Shown: positions 35,926 through 49,407 of the stretch, in pieces
Layout of the letters: the number at the start of each line of letters is the position of its first letter
Position numbering within the stretch: position 1 is the first letter of the stretch
From: Octopus vulgaris
Taxonomy: Eukaryota
DNA length: 64,000 nucleotides
Direction: 5' to 3'
Assembly: GCA_951406725.2 (NCBI GenBank)
Contig: OX597835.1
Location: 41,106,001 to 41,170,000, forward strand
Made by a program: the position numbers and the translations under genes
Notes under the pieces: model-generated
Databases searched by the model: none
Seen by the model: only the letters and a program-made list of their open reading frames with translations
What the model was told of the DNA's origin: nothing

Positions 35926-36980
35926 TATATATGTGTATGTATGATGATATAGATGTGTGTATGTATATATGTGTGCTGAAATTATCCCCACTTCAAGAAA
36001 AGGAAGAAAAATTGTGTGCTAGCAATTGGGATCAATTCCAAATGAAAAGGCCAGGGAAGGAGGTGGGGATGGCGATGTCAAAAACCAAGGATTCACCAGA
36101 ACTGACATTGAGTAAAACACATTTGATTGTCAAGAGTTGAGAGGACAACATCATCATCATCATCATCGTTTAACGTCCACATTCCATGCTAGCATGGGTT
36201 GGATGGTTTGACTGGGGTCTGGGAAGCTGCACCAGGCCCAGTCTGATCTGGCAGTGTTTCTACAGCTGGATGCCCTTCCTAACGCCAACCACTCCATGAG
36301 TGTAGTGGGTGCTTTTTACGTGCCAGGGGAGGCTGGCAACGGCCCACGATCGGTTGGTGCTTTTTACATGCCACCGGCGTGGAGGCCAGTCGGGGCCGCG
36401 CTGGCAACAGTCACATTCGGATGGTTCTTTTATGTGCCACCGACACTGGTATCACAACTACAATTTCCATTGATTTTATTGGAGTTACCTCCCTTGCTTC
36501 TCTTTTTCATCTTACAACATTAAATATCTCAGGAGGGAATTTTTGTCTTCTTACATTGCAAGGATAAGCAATATAATGGTTTTTTTCAGCTCACCATATT
36601 ACTGACATAAGATCCCTGTTATATTAATATTTAGTATGTAGGAATGCTCCGTGAGAATACTTCTTTTCCTCAGCCATATTGTAGAAGACTGCTAGTTCAC
36701 ATGTCATCTACATGACACCTCTCTTACTCCTACTCAATTGCACTTCTTCTTCTTTTCTCTACTCTGCTACTTCCACCTGGGGGTGGGAGTGGAGGGATCT
36801 CCTAACAATAACATAGGGGGTGGGGTGATGATGTGAGGGTGGTGTGTTGTGAGTGGGTGGGTGGCTGGCTGTGAGGAATCAAGGTCAAACTATAACACAC
36901 AAGAACAGCTGAGTAGGCTTGTACACACACACACACACACTCTTATATATATACATGAGTGTGTGTGTGTGTGAATACAG

Positions 36981-37073
<93 letters not shown>

Positions 37074-37120
37074 CACTCATATGCTCAGACAAACATGTAC
37101 CCATGGACACGGACACACAC

Positions 37121-37155
<35 letters not shown>

Positions 37156-38015
37156 TATATAAAATTAATGAAGTGTGGAGGAAAGAAGGGAAAAAAGGTG
37201 AAAAGAAAGAACTATTAAGGGGAGGAGGGGGCGATGAGAGAGGAGGAGAGGGAGAGAATGATGTGAAATAAAACACAGGTAGAAATAAAGGAATAAATAA
37301 AGAATAAAAGAAAGAGAAAGATAGAAAGAGAGAAAGAAAGATAGGAAGAAGAAGGAAGGGAGGAAAGCAACAAATGCAGATAGAAAGTGCTACAGAGAGA
37401 TAGAAAGGGTAGAGGGAAGAGAGGAAAAGAAAAGAAGGTAAGAAAGAAAGGAATGAAGAAAGGGTATTAAAAGAAAATGAGATAAAGAGAGAAGAGAATA
37501 GAGAGAAAGAAAGAGTGAAGGAAAGAGAGAAGGGAAGAAAACTAACATAGAAGAGAGGAAAAGAAATAAAAGCTAGAAAGAAAGATATATGAATAGAGAA
37601 ACAGACAGAGAGAAAGTTAGATACATACTTACATACACACACACACACATACATACATACACACATACATACACACATAGTAGATAGCTAGATAGAGAAG
37701 GAAGGGGGAAGATCTTAGACATGTCTTAAATTCTTGACTATTGATATCATTATTGCCAGATTAGACCTGATTGAGGTAAACCTATGATCAAAGACATTCC
37801 AACCATAACCATCTCATCTTATTTTCCTATGAGCAACACATCCACTGAATTCTCATTGAAGATGATAGGGTATAGGATAACGAGGGTGATTTGGTTACTA
37901 TTTTTGGCACTAGAAACTGTCATGCTGGTTCAATTTCCAATTTGGGGGTACAAGACTTCAAATATGTAAAATAGTTGCATGTGATTTAATGGCATTAATG
38001 CCTTTTTCAAGGACA

Positions 38016-38383
38016 TCTCTCTCTATATATATAAACGGCAAAATGTCTGCGTGTGTGTCCTTTATAGAAATCCACAATTTTTCAGTTAGAGGGCTCGCAT
38101 TTTCTAAGGTCATTCAAAACCGTCCAAGGGTGGTCGTGCACATCTTTACATTTCTCCAGTCACCCCGCAAAGCCATTACAAAATCAGTAGAAGTGACTTC
38201 TTTGTGAATTTTCTATCCAAAACCCAATCAAAATGCCCGAAACTTGATACGCCAATTGAATGCCAGCTAGCTGTATGTGATTGGTCGGAAATTTGGACAG
38301 TACTCGCGTGTATGTGCGCATGCACGCAGCTGTATATGCATGCACTAGCACTATGACCCGGCGTTCCCGGGTCATAGTGCTAG
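38016..38383 (+). mobile_element. Non-autonomous Helitron (second copy)
   Basis: A^TC...CTAG^T termini and high identity to 5133-5519. Confidence 0.82.
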
Positions 38384-38602
38384 TTAATGATAAGATGGAA
38401 TTGAAATGTCTACATACAGGGCACAGCTTTGCTCTGTTGGAAACAAGGAAAGACAAAGATCTATTTGGCTGTAGAATATCTCATTGTTTTTCTGTTCTTT
38501 TTAGAAGTGTTTTTGATGCTAATCTCTCCAAGACCGATCTTGGTTCCTATGATACAAAGTTCCTTATCTTAAGTCATCTAAATTAAAACCATCAAAGTTG
38601 TA

Positions 38603-38822
38603 TACTCTTTTATTCTTTTACTTGTTTCAGTCATTTGACTGCGGCCATGTTGGAGCACCGCCTTTTAGTCGAGCAAATCAATGCCAGGACTTATACTTTG
38701 TAAGCCTAGTACTTATTCTATCGGTCTGTTTTGCCAAAGCGCTAAGTTACGGGGATGTAAATACACCAGCATCGGTTGTCAAGCGATGTTGGGGGGACAA
38801 ACATTGACACACAAACATATAT

Positions 38823-38853
<31 letters not shown>

Positions 38854-39037
38854 CACATACATATATACATATATATGACGGGCTTCTTTCAGTTTCCGTC
38901 TACCAAATCCACTCACAAGGCTTTGGTCGGGCCAAGGCTATAGTAGAAGACACTTGCCCAGGTGCCACACAGTGGGACTGAACCCAGAACCATGTGGTTG
39001 GTAAGCAAGCTACTTACCACACAGCCAATCCTGTGCC
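38603..39037 (-). mobile_element. SINE family 1
   Basis: Full-length match to the family. Confidence 0.85.
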
Positions 39038-39575
39038 TATATTAATTTATGTTTGAAACAGCAGTTTAATATTGACAAACTTATCTTAGTATATACTTCA
39101 TTATTTTCAAAATTAAATTCAAGCAAAACCAGTGCATTTCAACAGAAATATGGTAACAAAAGGGTTAAAGTGATCTAAATTTCTTCTGATTCTACAGTCT
39201 GAGTTCAAATCCTTTTTTGGAGTTTATAAAGTAAAGTACTCGTCAAATACTTAGGTTCATGATATAAATTAATTGCACCCCCTTAAAACTACTGACCCCT
39301 GTGCCTAAATCACAAATTTTTATCATCATCATCATCACCACCATCATCACCATTATTATTGTTACTAAGGCGGTGAGTTGGCAGAATTTTTAGCATGCTG
39401 GATGAAATGGTATTTTGCCTGTTGCTGCGTTCTGAGTTCAAATTGTGCTGAGGTTGACTTTACCTTTCATACTTTCGGGGTCGATAAATTAAGTACCAGC
39501 TGAGTACTAGGGTCGATGTAATCGTCTATCCTCCTACCCCACATTTCAGGCCTTGTGCCTATGATAGAAAGGAGC

Positions 39576-41262
39576 CATAATGAAAGACTACTGAATGTGG
39601 AGAATAAATCGGAGGAGAATTGTGGGACCAGCTCCCTGAATTGACAGTACCTTGGTAGATAAAGTAATTAAGGACATGAAGACGGAAAGCACCTGGCCCA
39701 TTAGGAATCACCGCTGAGATGTTTAAAGTATAAGGCGGTGTGGGTTATGGTCTTGTCACCTGCATTGTAAATCAGGTAGTTTGGGTCATACCCAATGACT
39801 AGTGTAGCAGCACCATAGTCAACTGCTACAAGGGTAAAGGTGATGCTTTAGATAGAAATAACTACAAGGGTATCAAATTATTGGATCAGGTGATGAATGT
39901 TACAGAGAGGGACATATCCCAACTAATTAGGGATAGAGTTTACCTAGATGAGATGCAGTTTGGTTTTGTGTCAGGCAGAAGCACCAATGATGCTATATTT
40001 CTGGTAAGGCAACTGCGGGAGAAATATCCAGCCAAAGACAAACCTCTGTACTTGGCTTTTGTTGACTTGGAGAAAACCTTTGACAGGGTCCCCTGATTTC
40101 GTATCTTGTGGTCAATACGGAAACTGGGGATAGACAAGTGGCTGGTAAGAGCTGTACAAGCCTTGTACAGGGATGCTGTCAGTAAGGTGAGGGTTGGCAA
40201 CAAGTATAGTGAAGAATTCCAAGTAGAAGTAGGGGTCCACCAAGGATCAGTCCTCAGCCCCCTCTTATTCATCATAGTCCTCCAGGCAATAAAAGAAGAA
40301 TTCAAGACATGCTGCCCCCTGGAAGCTCCTCTATGTTGATGACCTTGCTCTAATAGCCAAATCACTGCCAGAACTAGAGATGAAGTTTAGGGTGTGGAAG
40401 CAAGGTCTAAAATCGAAGGGCCTTAGAGTTCACATAGCAAAAACCAGTCTTAGTGAGAAGGAAGGTTGTCAAATCACAAACCCCTTCAGGTAGATGGGCC
40501 TCTTTGATCTGTAGAAAAGGTGTAGGTAGAGACTCCATATGATGTACCCGGTGTAAGCTATGGACACATAAAAGGTGCAACAATATCAAAGGAAGGTAAC
40601 TGGGAAGACAGGTTTTGTGTGTGGCAGATGCACAGGAGCAATAAGCACTGAAGATGTACAGAGAATAGATTCCATCACATGTCAAGGGTAAAAACTAGAA
40701 GTAGTTGATAGCTTCCGCTACCTAGGCGACCAAGTCTGTAGTGGAGGTGGTTGCTCTGAGAGTATAGTGGCTAGAATAAGAATAGCCTGGGCAAAGTTCA
40801 GGGAGCTCCTACCTCTGCTGGCAACTAAGAGCCTCTTGCTCAGGATGAAAGGTAGACTGTATGATGCATGTGTGCAAACTGCCATGCTACATGGCAGTGA
40901 AACATGGGCCATGACTGTTGAGGACATGCGTAGGCTTGAAAGAAATGAAGCTAGTAAGATCCGCTGGATGTGTAATGTCAGTGTGCATACACGACAGAGT
41001 GTAAGCATCCTGAGAAAAGAAATTGTGTATAAGAAGCATCAAATGTGGTGTGCAAGAGAGCCAACTGCGCTGGTATGGCCATGTGTTATGTATGGATGAG
41101 GACAGCTGTGTGAGGAAGTGCCACTCCCTAACTGTGGAAGAGGTAGACCCAGGAAGACATGGGATGAGGTGGTGAAGCATGACCTTCAAACACTGGGCCT
41201 CACAGAGGCAATGGCAGGAGACTGAGACCTTTGGAGATATGCTGTGATTGAGAAGACCTAGC
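39576..41262 (+). mobile_element. RTE-clade LINE remnant (RT domain, multiple frameshifts and stops)
   Basis: QFGF..GRST.DAIF, AFVDLEKTFDRVP, GVHQGSVLSPLLF, LYVDDL, F.YLG and ML(H)GSETW motifs occur across ORFs 39881, 40106 and 40767. Confidence 0.92.
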
Positions 41263-41419
41263 AACTAAAGTGTGATTGCAGCCATGCATGTCCGGCCCAG
41301 TTAAGAGTATCCCTGATGCTTCAGGTGATAGGATATGCTTGAGAAGAGCTGTTGAGTCAAGTAAAACTAATATCGTAGCTGTGGCCAGTGCCCCTTCACT
41401 GGCTCCTGTGCTGGTGTCC

Positions 41420-42616
41420 ATGTGTGTATGAGTGTGAATGAATGTGCGTGTGTGTGTGAGTGTGAATGAATGTGTGTGTGTGTGTGTGTGAGTGCATGGA
41501 TGAGTGTGAGTGTGTGAGAGTGTGTGTGTGTGTGTGTGCGAGTGTGTGTATGAGTGTGAATGAATGTGTGTGTGTGTGAGTGTGTGTGTGCGAGTGTGTG
41601 TATGAGTGTGAATGAATGTGTGTGTGTGTGTATGAGTGTGAATGAATGTGTGTGTGTGTGTGTGTGTGAGTGTGAATGAATGTGTGTGTATGTGTGTGAG
41701 TGTGAATGAATGTGCGAGTGTGTGTATGAGTGTGAATGAATGTGTGTGTGTGTGTGTGAGTGTGAATGAATGTGCGAGTGTGTGTATGAGTGTGAATGAA
41801 TGTGCGAGTGTGTGTATGAGTGTGAATGAATGTGTGTGTGTGTGTGTGTGTGAGTGTGAATGAATGTGTGTGTATGTGTGAGTGTGTGCGAGAGTGAGTG
41901 TGTGTGTGTGTGTGCGAGTGTGTGTATGAGTGTGAATGAATGTGCGTGTGTGTGTGTGTGAGTGTGAATGTGTGTGTGTGTATGTGAGTGAGTGGATGGA
42001 TGAGTGAGTGTGTGCGAGAGTGAGTGTGTGTATGTGTGTGTATGAGTGTGAATGAATGTGCGTGTGTGTGTGTGTGTGTGAATGAATGTGTGTGTATGTG
42101 TGAGTGTGTGTGCGAGTGTGTGTATGAGTGTGAATGAATGTGCGTGTGTGTGTGTGTGTGTGTGAATGAATGTATGTGTGTGTATGTGAGTGCATGGATG
42201 AGTGTGAGTGTGTGCGAGAGTGTGTGTGTGTGTGTGCGAGTGTGTGTATGAGTGAATGAATGTGCGTGTGTGTGTGTGAGTGTGAATGAATTTGTGTGTG
42301 TGTATGTGTGAGTGCATGGATGAGTGTGAGTGTGCGAGAGTGAGTGTGTGTGTGTGTGTGCGAGTGTGTGTGTATGTGTGAGTGCATGGATGAGTGCGAG
42401 TGTGTGTCCATGTGTGTATGAGTGTGAATGAATGTGTGTGTGTGCGTATGTGTGTGTATGAGTGCATGTATGGGTGTGAATGAATGTGTATGTGTGAGTG
42501 CATGGATGAGTGCGAGTGTGTGTATGAGTGTGAATGAATGTGTGTGTATGAGTGCATGTATGAGTGTGAATGAATATGTATGTGTGTGTATGTGTGAGTC
42601 CATTGTGAGTGTGAGA

Positions 42617-42661
<45 letters not shown>
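41420..42661. repeat. 1.2-kb compound (GT)n / gagtgtgaatgaat satellite
   Basis: Directly visible; it produces the spurious 450-467-aa His/Thr ORFs. Confidence 0.97.
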
Positions 42662-42662
<1 letters not shown>

Positions 42663-43784
42663 CGAGTTGGTTGTTCTAACCAATATAGAAAGAATAAGGT
42701 GCAGCAAAGCTGGAGACAAAGGTGTGAACCGGTTGGAACATGTGGCATTCATAACACCCAAATGTAGAGTAACACAAGAGAGTAACAGAGTACTCCTCCT
42801 TCTTACTTCCGACTTATTGAGACTATTGCTATGACCTACCTGGCCTTTTGTTTACCTATCCGCCTACTCACTTACTTTTCCTTTTATTTCACCTGTACAC
42901 CTCCCTTCCTACATATTTACCTACACCTACATGACAATTAACATATGTTATAGGTGCAGGCATGGCTGTCTGGTAAGAAATTCGCTTCTCAACCATTTGG
43001 TCCCGGGTTCAGGCCCACACGTGGCACCTTGGGCAAGTGTCTTCTACTATAGCCTCGGGCTGACCAAACCTTGTGAATTGATTTGATAGATGGAAATTGA
43101 AAGAATCCTGTTGTTTATGTATGTGTGTGTTTGTGTCCCACCACTGCTTGACAACCGGTGTTGGTGTGTTTACGTCCCTGTAATTTAGCAGTTTGGAAAA
43201 AGCGACTTTTAGTATAAGTACCAAACTTAAAAGACAAAGTAATTACTGGGGTCAAGTCATTCAATTAAAAATTCTTTTAGAGCAGTGCCCCAGCATGGCC
43301 ACAGACTAATGGGCGCAAAAAGTAAAAGATAAAAGAAAAATGATGTGCGTGCACACATACATACATACATACATACATACATACATACATACATACATAC
43401 ATACATACATACATACATACATACATACATACATACATACATACATACAGACAGACACACACACTCACACATACGCACATACATAGTACATACATACCAG
43501 GGTTGTGTCGCCTGGGTAGGCTTACCCTGAATAAAATAGATCGATAATTACATTTTCCTTTTATGGCAAAATATGCATTTAATTCAAAAAAATTATGAAT
43601 GTTACTCTGATTACTATGCGTAAAATGCAAAATATTTTATTGTTTTGTAGATTAGGTTAAGTTAAGTTAATTAGGCATAATTTGCCCTTGCCTTTCAATC
43701 TCAGTATTAAAACTACGCACAGTACTGCTGTAGTACACAAGTAGTGTACATTCCTACAACAATGTTTTCTTTATGCACTATAAA

Positions 43785-44375
43785 GGCGTAGGAGTGGCTG
43801 TGTGGTAAGTAGCTTGCTTACCAACCACATAGTTCCAGGTTCATTCCCACTACGTGGCACCTTGGGCAAGTGTGTCTTCTACTATAGCCTCGGGCTGACC
43901 AAAGCCTTATGAATGGATATGGTTGACAGAAACTGAAAGAAGCCCATCATATATATATATCCAAGTAAGCAACAAGAATATCTTCGGTAATTTGGAAGAT
44001 TACTGAAGATATTCTTGTTGCTTACTTTGATTATAATCACCCCATTTGATTTATATGGATAATACCGTACAGAATTCTGGTGCATCTAACTTAAGTACCA
44101 TATTCATTTGAATCTAAATTTTGCTGTATATATATATAAATATATATGTATGTGTGTATATATGTTTGTTTGTGTGTGTTTGTCCCACCAACATTGCTTG
44201 ACAACTGATGCTGGTGTGTTTGCATCCCTGTAACTTAGCAGTTCGGTGGAAGAAACTGATAGAATAAGTACTAGGCTTACCAAAAATAAGTCCTAGAATC
44301 GATTTGCTCGACTAAAGGCAGTGCTCCAGCATGGCCACAGTCAAATGACTTAAACAAGTAAAAGAGTAAAGAGTA
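43785..44375 (+). mobile_element. SINE family 1 with a foreign insert in its (TA)n tract
   Basis: tataaaggc is duplicated at both ends; the insert spans about 43961-44128. Confidence 0.82.
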
Positions 44376-46933
44376 TAAAGGCAGAAGTAATTCTGCCTCC
44401 ATCTCAGTCGTATACCTGCTGTGTTTCGCTTATTTTTGTGTGTTTTACTACATAAACATCACCAACTGCCTACCCTGAGTAATTACTGATGGCACGTGCC
44501 TGATACATACATGCCCCTACCTACCTGTCTTGCAACCTCCTCACCTAGGTAGGTGGGTTGCCAAGATATACAAGCCCACCCAGTCAGCTACCCTCCTACC
44601 CACCTTTTAACACATCTACGTACCCACCTAGCTGTCTATTTACTTCCCCATCTATCTACTCACCCTACTCATCTACCCACAACACCTACCTAATTACAAA
44701 CCCACAAAAATACCCTCGACGTGATTAGAAAACTTGTTAAAAATAGCAGCCAAATCTACCTCAAATCAAACACCTGCCACCTTAGAAAAGGATGCGTTGC
44801 TCTTGTCCAGTCCTGGGTTAGCTGCATAAGGGGGAAAACAGACAGGATAGTCATGACAGGAACGCCTTTTAAGGGTGAGGTTTGGATGGAGGGAGGGGGA
44901 GATCAAGTGTGAAGGGGTGGGGTGTGTGATTGGGGAACAGGTGTAAGTATTTGGGTTGAGTCTACAGATTGAGGAGATCCTTCTCTCTCCCCTACACCAT
45001 TCCAGAGACCCTGTAAAGGGTCATGGATGCTGGCTCCTTCCTGCCAAAGCGATATAAAAAAAGAATAGCCCTGTAAATGTACAATGCTTGTTGCAACCAT
45101 TCCAACTGAATCTATAAGGCTCCCTCCCGGGCCACAAGCATTTGCCATGTCACCCTCACATTCTCTCACTCACAGTCACACTCTACTTCAAGCACACGCT
45201 TCACTCCAATCACCCATACCTCACCACCATCCCACACCCCACCTCAATCACACATCACGCTCCTTCACATTTGATTTGCTTCCCCCACCCCACATCTGCC
45301 CTGCTCTCTGCTTGATCAGAGTTGACCTGGGGTTAAACAACAACACCAACAACAAAGACACCCTTCCTCAAGAACCTCCCACTATACACCCACCACCCAA
45401 CCCCATTCCACTCCATACCATGGGCTCTTAGTTCCTTGATGGAATTGTAGGGGGTGCTGTCATAACATATAATATACTGAGTGTCTTGGGTATTTTTAGA
45501 TGTTGTGGAGTTTATCCCTCTCCAGGTGTGACTGTGGCTTGATTTCTTCCAGAAAAAGCGGTGGTAGACAGAAAGGAAGATTTAGACAAAAAGAGAAGAA
45601 CTGACCACAGTATATAACTGGTACTTTATTTCATTGACCACCCCCAACCATCACCCTGCTTAAAAGATGGAAGGTAAACTTGACCTTGATGGAGTTTGAA
45701 CACAGGGAGCAAAGGGTTGAATAAAACCACAAAACAATCTCCTTTAAGGGCCAAAAAGTCTGCATACACATATGAACTCACACACACACACATACACATG
45801 CATGCACATACACACATACATGCTCATTTATGCACAAGCATACGCACATACATGCACACATACAAACACACACACACATATACATACATGTACATACACA
45901 CAAATACATAAAAGACCACCCCTGTCATCTCCATCATCGTCACTCCCATTACCATGCGATTATCACTAAGACACTTCATCCTCAATACCTTGGCTCTAAT
46001 ACCCTCAAGGCTACCACTGCCACAATCACTGACACCACTGCTACGGTTTCTACCACAACCACAAACACCACCAATACCACCACCACCACTACCACCACCA
46101 CCACCACCACCACCACCTATAACAGCAACATCTACAACATCATCATCATCATCATCATCATAATTAGAAACCAGTGCGGTGACATAATTGCAACGCCAGA
46201 TTCTCCCCTCTCCCCACTCCCATTATCATTGCTACTGCTATCCCAATCCCTAGCAACATTACCTCCTGCTGAAACCACCACTGCCACCACCACCACCACC
46301 ACCACCACCACCACCGCCGCCACCACCACTACCACTGCCACCAGTGCCTCCATCCCCATCACCACTACCACTGTTGCTACTGTCACCACTGTTGCCACCA
46401 TCAACATCAACACCACTACCACTGCCACTACCAGCCAGGTACTTTAACCACTACCACCACCACAAGAAAAGGATAACAACAACAACAATAGTAGGTGGTG
46501 GTGGTGGGGGGCATCACCACTGCCACCACTATGATCACACAGTCCACCACTATACACCACCACCACCACCACCAGCCCACCCTCATCGCTCTAACCAACA
46601 TCCATTATCATCCCAGTCATCCTCAGGCTATCAACCCTCATCTACACAGCATCCAATAACAGGCTGCTGGTTTTGAAATTCTTTGTAGCACCTCATTTAA
46701 CACACTTCCTACTTGCTCCCTCATTCTGTCCCCTACTCATTCTCTTTCCTTATCTCACCCTTACTGTTTTTCTTTACTTATTCACACCAGTTCCAACCCC
46801 TTTCAAGTTCAGGGAACCAACTTTCCTCAAACTAGTCGGAGGGAGTTGAGGGGGTCAGAAAACAGTTAAATTTTCCATCACCTACACCGCCTTGGAAACA
46901 AATGGAGCCTTTACAGCAAATAGCATGTTGACA

Positions 46934-46965
<32 letters not shown>

Positions 46966-47360
46966 TGCGTGTGCATGTGTGTGTGTGTGTGTGTGTTTAC
47001 ACATATACACACACATACAGACTCGCATATATTTAGAGATAAGTGTTTCCAAATGCTGATATAGCAGGCAATGAATATTAAGTAAACAAAACTCATTACA
47101 TGTTTAGAGTTTCATATTTATTTTATGGATTGCCTAAAATATTGCTTCTGGATTTAGTCTTTCCCTTTGTGACACCCTGGACAAGGGTCTTCCACTGTAA
47201 CCTTGGTGTGATCAAGGCCTTGGAACTGACCAAAGCCTTGTGCATGGATTTGGTAGACTGAAACTGAAGAAAACCCATGACATATATATATACTGGAGTA
47301 AACACATAAATGTGAAACAAGGTGGAAAAAAGAGTACTCAAATACCAAGGGTAGAGTAAT

Positions 47361-47419
47361 TTTAACAAAACTGTCAGACGAACGGGAACGTGAAACTCCG
47401 AGTAACAGGTTTTGTTGAA
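47361..47419 (+). ncRNA. Type-I hammerhead ribozyme motif with one core mismatch
   Basis: UUUAACAAAACUGU-CAGACGA-ACG GGAA CGU-GAAA-CUCCGAG-UA-ACAG G UUUUGUUGAA. All three stems pair; the core is CAGACGA instead of CUGACGA. Confidence 0.65.
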
Positions 47420-47498
47420 TTTCTGCTGCTTTTAAATAAAGTATATACACACACACACACACACACAGACACACATATATATATATATAAAATAATAA

Positions 47499-47728
47499 GG
47501 CGGCGAGCTGGTAGAAACGTTAGCACGCCGGGCGAAATTCGTAGTCGTATTTCGTCTGTCGTTACGTTCCGAGTTCAAATTCCGCCGAGGTCGACTTTGC
47601 CTTTCATCCTTTCGGGGTCGATAAATTAAGTACCAGTTACACACTGGGGTCGATGTAGTCGACTTAATCCCTTTGTCTGTCCTTGTTTGTCCCCTCTGTG
47701 TTTAGCCCCTTGTGGGTAGTAAAGAAAT
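47499..47728 (+). mobile_element. SINE family 2 (Meta-domain-like), young copy
   Basis: ggcggcgagctgg head, B box gagttcaaattcc, and a central gcctttcatcctttcggggtcgataaattaagtaccag resembling the MetaSINE domain (from recall). About 22-bp TSD atatatatataaaataataagg. Confidence 0.8.
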
Positions 47729-48899
47729 ATATATATAAAATAATAAGGGTAAAAAATTGAATATTAATTCGATTAATATCAATTTAAACCAGTGGCCTAG
47801 CATATAGAAAAAATCTGAAGATTCAGAAAATTATATTACATACATATAAGCGGGATGACCACTAAGTGGTCATCCCTCTTATATGTATGTAATATAGCCC
47901 ATGCTAGCATGGAAAGCAGACGTTAAACGATGATGATGATATATATACATCAAAATAAAAATCAAATGGAAATTGTAGTTGTGATACCTGTGCCGGTGAC
48001 ACATAAAAAGTACCATTCAAACGTGGCTGATGCCAGCGCTGCTTTGACTGGAATCCTTGCCGGTGGCACGTAAAAATCACCCACTACACTCATGGAGTGG
48101 TTGGCATTAGGAATGGCATCCAGCTGTAGAAACACTGCCAGATCAGACAGGAGTTTGGTGCAGCCTCCTGGCTTCCCAGACCCTGGTCGAACCATCCAAC
48201 CCATGCTAGCATGGAAAGCGGACATTAAACGATGAGGATGATGATGATGACACACACAGATATATATATATATATATATATATATATCTGTGTGTGTGTC
48301 AGTGCTTGTCTCCCACCCACCATTTGACAACCAGTGTTGGTGTGTTTATGGTCCTGTAACTTGGTGGTTTGGCAAAAGAGACTGATAGAATAAGTACCCG
48401 GTTTTACAAAAAATAATAAGTACTAGGGTCGATTCGTTAGACTAAAATTCTTCAAGGTGGTGCCCCAGCATGGCCACAGTCTAATGGCTGAAACAAATAA
48501 CATAATAAAGATAATAGATGCTATTCCAACTCTTAATTAAATTATAAATAAAAAAAAAAAAGCAAAAGGAAAAAGACAATGAGAATTTAATTAAAGCCTG
48601 ATTGTTTGTTTGAGTATTCAATTAAATTTAGTTGTTAAATTAAAATAAGTTGCGTTCTATAGAAAGAGATGAGTTGAGTTCTGACATAATGGTCAGATGT
48701 TTTCTTTGAAATGTTTTGGAAGGTTCTACGTAAACAACCGATTCCTGCCACCTGACTCATTTTCTTCAAAGAACGGCCTTGTCTCTAACGTCAGAACTTC
48801 CAGGAATTTATTTCATTTCAGGAAGTTTATTAACTGATTTTAAGAGTTATATTTTTCAGCACATGCCATCATCATCATCGCCATCATCATCATCATTGC

Positions 48900-48931
<32 letters not shown>

Positions 48932-49407
48932 CTACCAGGTCTAAGTTATGAGCGATGATCTCTAACTAAACAACTATGAAAATCATGAATAACTTCCATG
49001 TGGTAAGTAGCTTGTTTACCAACCACATGCTTCCGGGTTCATTCCCACTGCGTGGCACCTTGGGCAAGTGTCTTCTAGTATAGCCTTGGGCTGACCAAAG
49101 CCTTGTGAGTGGATTTGGTAGACGGAAACTGAAAGAAGCCCGTCGCATATATGTATATATATATATATGTGTGTGCATACGTTTGTGTGTCTGTATTTGT
49201 CCCCCAACATCGCTTGACAACCGATGCTGGTGTGTTTACATCCCTGTAACTTAGCGGTTCAGCAAAAGAGACCGATAGAATAAATACTAGGCTTCCAAAG
49301 AATAAGAAGTCCTGGGTCGATTTGCTCGACTAAAAGGCGGTGCTCCAGCATGGCCGCAGTCAAATGACTGAAACAAGTAAAAGAGTAAAAGATTAATTGC
49401 TTGCTCT

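Noticed and set aside
41200-42761. Three 450-467-aa His/Thr-rich ORFs
   Set aside because: They are translations of a (CA)n-based satellite that is open in all three minus-strand frames.
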